Source of the DNA: a virus
Lineage: Duplodnaviria; Caudoviricetes
Reading direction: 5' to 3' (one strand)
Length of the DNA: 58,558 nucleotides
IMG/VR virus record: IMGVR_UViG_3300047550_005955
Location: 1-58,558 of that record
The translations under genes were made by a program, and so were the position numbers. Below are positions 57,661 through 58,558 of this stretch, one piece after another. The stretch's first letter is position 1, and every line of letters starts with the position of its first letter. The notes under the pieces were generated by a model that was given only the letters and a program-made list of their open reading frames with translations, was not told the DNA's origin and did not search any database.

Positions 57661-57753
57661 ATGGCCCATCCACATAAGAACAGACCTCGAAAAGGCCGAC
57701 GAAAAATTGGAAGCAAAAAACGTAAAGCCCGTAAAAAAGGTCGTAAAGCCTGA
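57661..57753 (+). CDS. 30-aa Lys/Arg-rich peptide (absent from ORF track)
   Basis: AGGAG RBS; MAHPHKNRPRKGRRKIGSKKRKARKKGRKA*; terminator follows. Confidence 0.7.
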   Translation: MAHPHKNRPRKGRRKIGSKKRKARKKGRKA

Positions 57754-57759
57754 TTTTAG

Positions 57760-57785
57760 AATCCCCCGAAAGGGGGATTTTTTTT
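57760..57785 (+). terminator. Rho-independent terminator
   Basis: AATCCCCC-GAAA-GGGGGATT plus T-tract. Confidence 0.9.
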
Positions 57786-57788
57786 GCC

Positions 57789-57817
57789 TTGTGATCTCAA
57801 CTTAACAATGTTAGAGT
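57789..57817 (+). promoter_or_regulatory. Putative sigma70-type promoter
   Basis: TTGTGA-17-TAGAGT with TGn, 5 nt before ATG 57823. Confidence 0.45.
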
Positions 57818-57822
57818 AACTT

Positions 57823-58558
57823 ATGAAGAAAATTCTTGTAATAGATTTTCAAAATCTTTTTATACGCTCCTATGTAACAAATCCATCTATCTCTAAAAAT
57901 GGAGATCCAATTGGTGGAATTGCCGGCACTTTTAAATCAATACAAAAAGTTTGTCGGGAAACAAAAGCAGACAAAATTATTGTATGTCATGATGGTGCTG
58001 GTGGAAGTAGAAAAAAGAAAGCACTAAACAAAAACTATAAAGAAGGACGCAATCCTCTACGATTAAACAGAAACATAAAAGTTCTTGATGAAAAGCAAGA
58101 ATATGATAATCGTATATGGCAGCAGTTAAGAACGTTTGAATATCTTAATCTATGCCCGATTATACAGATTATGGAAGAGAATGTAGAAGCAGATGACATA
58201 ATCTCCTATGTCTGCCAATATGGAGCATTTAAAGACGATATAAAGATGATTTTATCAAGTGACAAGGACTTTATCCAGTTGCTGGATGATAAAACAATAT
58301 TGCTTCGTCCAGTTCAAGAAGAAATATTAAACAAGAATCGTGTATTAGAGGAATATAAAATACATCCAAAGAACTTTGCTCTTGCCCGATCAATTGCCGG
58401 CGATAAGAGTGATAATCTTGATGGCGTTAGGGGTGTTGGACTAATAACATTGGCAAAAAAGTTTCCATTATTAGCAGAAAATCAATCTTATTGTGTTGAT
58501 GATATACTTGAAAAATGTAAAGAGAATATTGCAGAAGGAAAAGTCTTTCAAAGTATTC
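57823..58558 (+). CDS. 5'-3' exonuclease/flap endonuclease (T4 RNase H-like), truncated by window end
   Basis: Manual translation: MKKILVIDFQNLFIR..NYKEGR..EADDII..SSDKDFIQL..GDKSDNLDGVRGVG. Confidence 0.9.
   Translation, partial: MKKILVIDFQNLFIRSYVTNPSISKNGDPIGGIAGTFKSIQKVCRETKADKIIVCHDGAGGSRKKKALNKNYKEGRNPLRLNRNIKVLDEKQEYDNRIWQQLRTFEYLNLCPIIQIMEENVEADDIISYVCQYGAFKDDIKMILSSDKDFIQLLDDKTILLRPVQEEILNKNRVLEEYKIHPKNFALARSIAGDKSDNLDGVRGVGLITLAKKFPLLAENQSYCVDDILEKCKENIAEGKVFQSI

Overview
A 58.6-kb, AT-rich segment of a large lytic myophage (contractile tail, T4-superfamily head and tail architecture). Essentially all credible genes are on the + strand. Order: (1) 1-10.3 kb, a cluster of Ser/Thr/Gly-rich virion appendage genes built from shared modules; (2) 10.3-16 kb, RuvC-like resolvase, primase, a fused Mre11-Rad50 (gp47-gp46) and a GIY-YIG homing endonuclease followed by a duplicated 3' end of the Rad50 half; (3) 16-19 kb, putative lysis/membrane genes, thermonuclease and a histone H1-like protein; (4) 19-52 kb, terminase, portal, prohead protease, ribosomal protein bS21, fibres, scaffold, major capsid, neck, sheath, tube, a frameshifted chaperone pair, tape measure and baseplate; (5) 52-58.6 kb, a short family-A DNA polymerase, degenerate tubulin/FtsZ-like protein, SSB, RecA/UvsX, a frameshifted deaminase, a basic peptide and a partial 5'-3' exonuclease. 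The most unusual signals are: a family of small acidic 'FFY' ORFs paired with lectin-like jelly-roll genes (possible in-trans strand-complementation display system); target-site-mimic repeats over the endonuclease's late promoter; a 7-blade FG-GAP propeller inserted inside a fibre tip domain; a neck/fibre shared docking domain; and apparently leaderless replication genes. All product calls come from motif recognition by eye; no searches were run.
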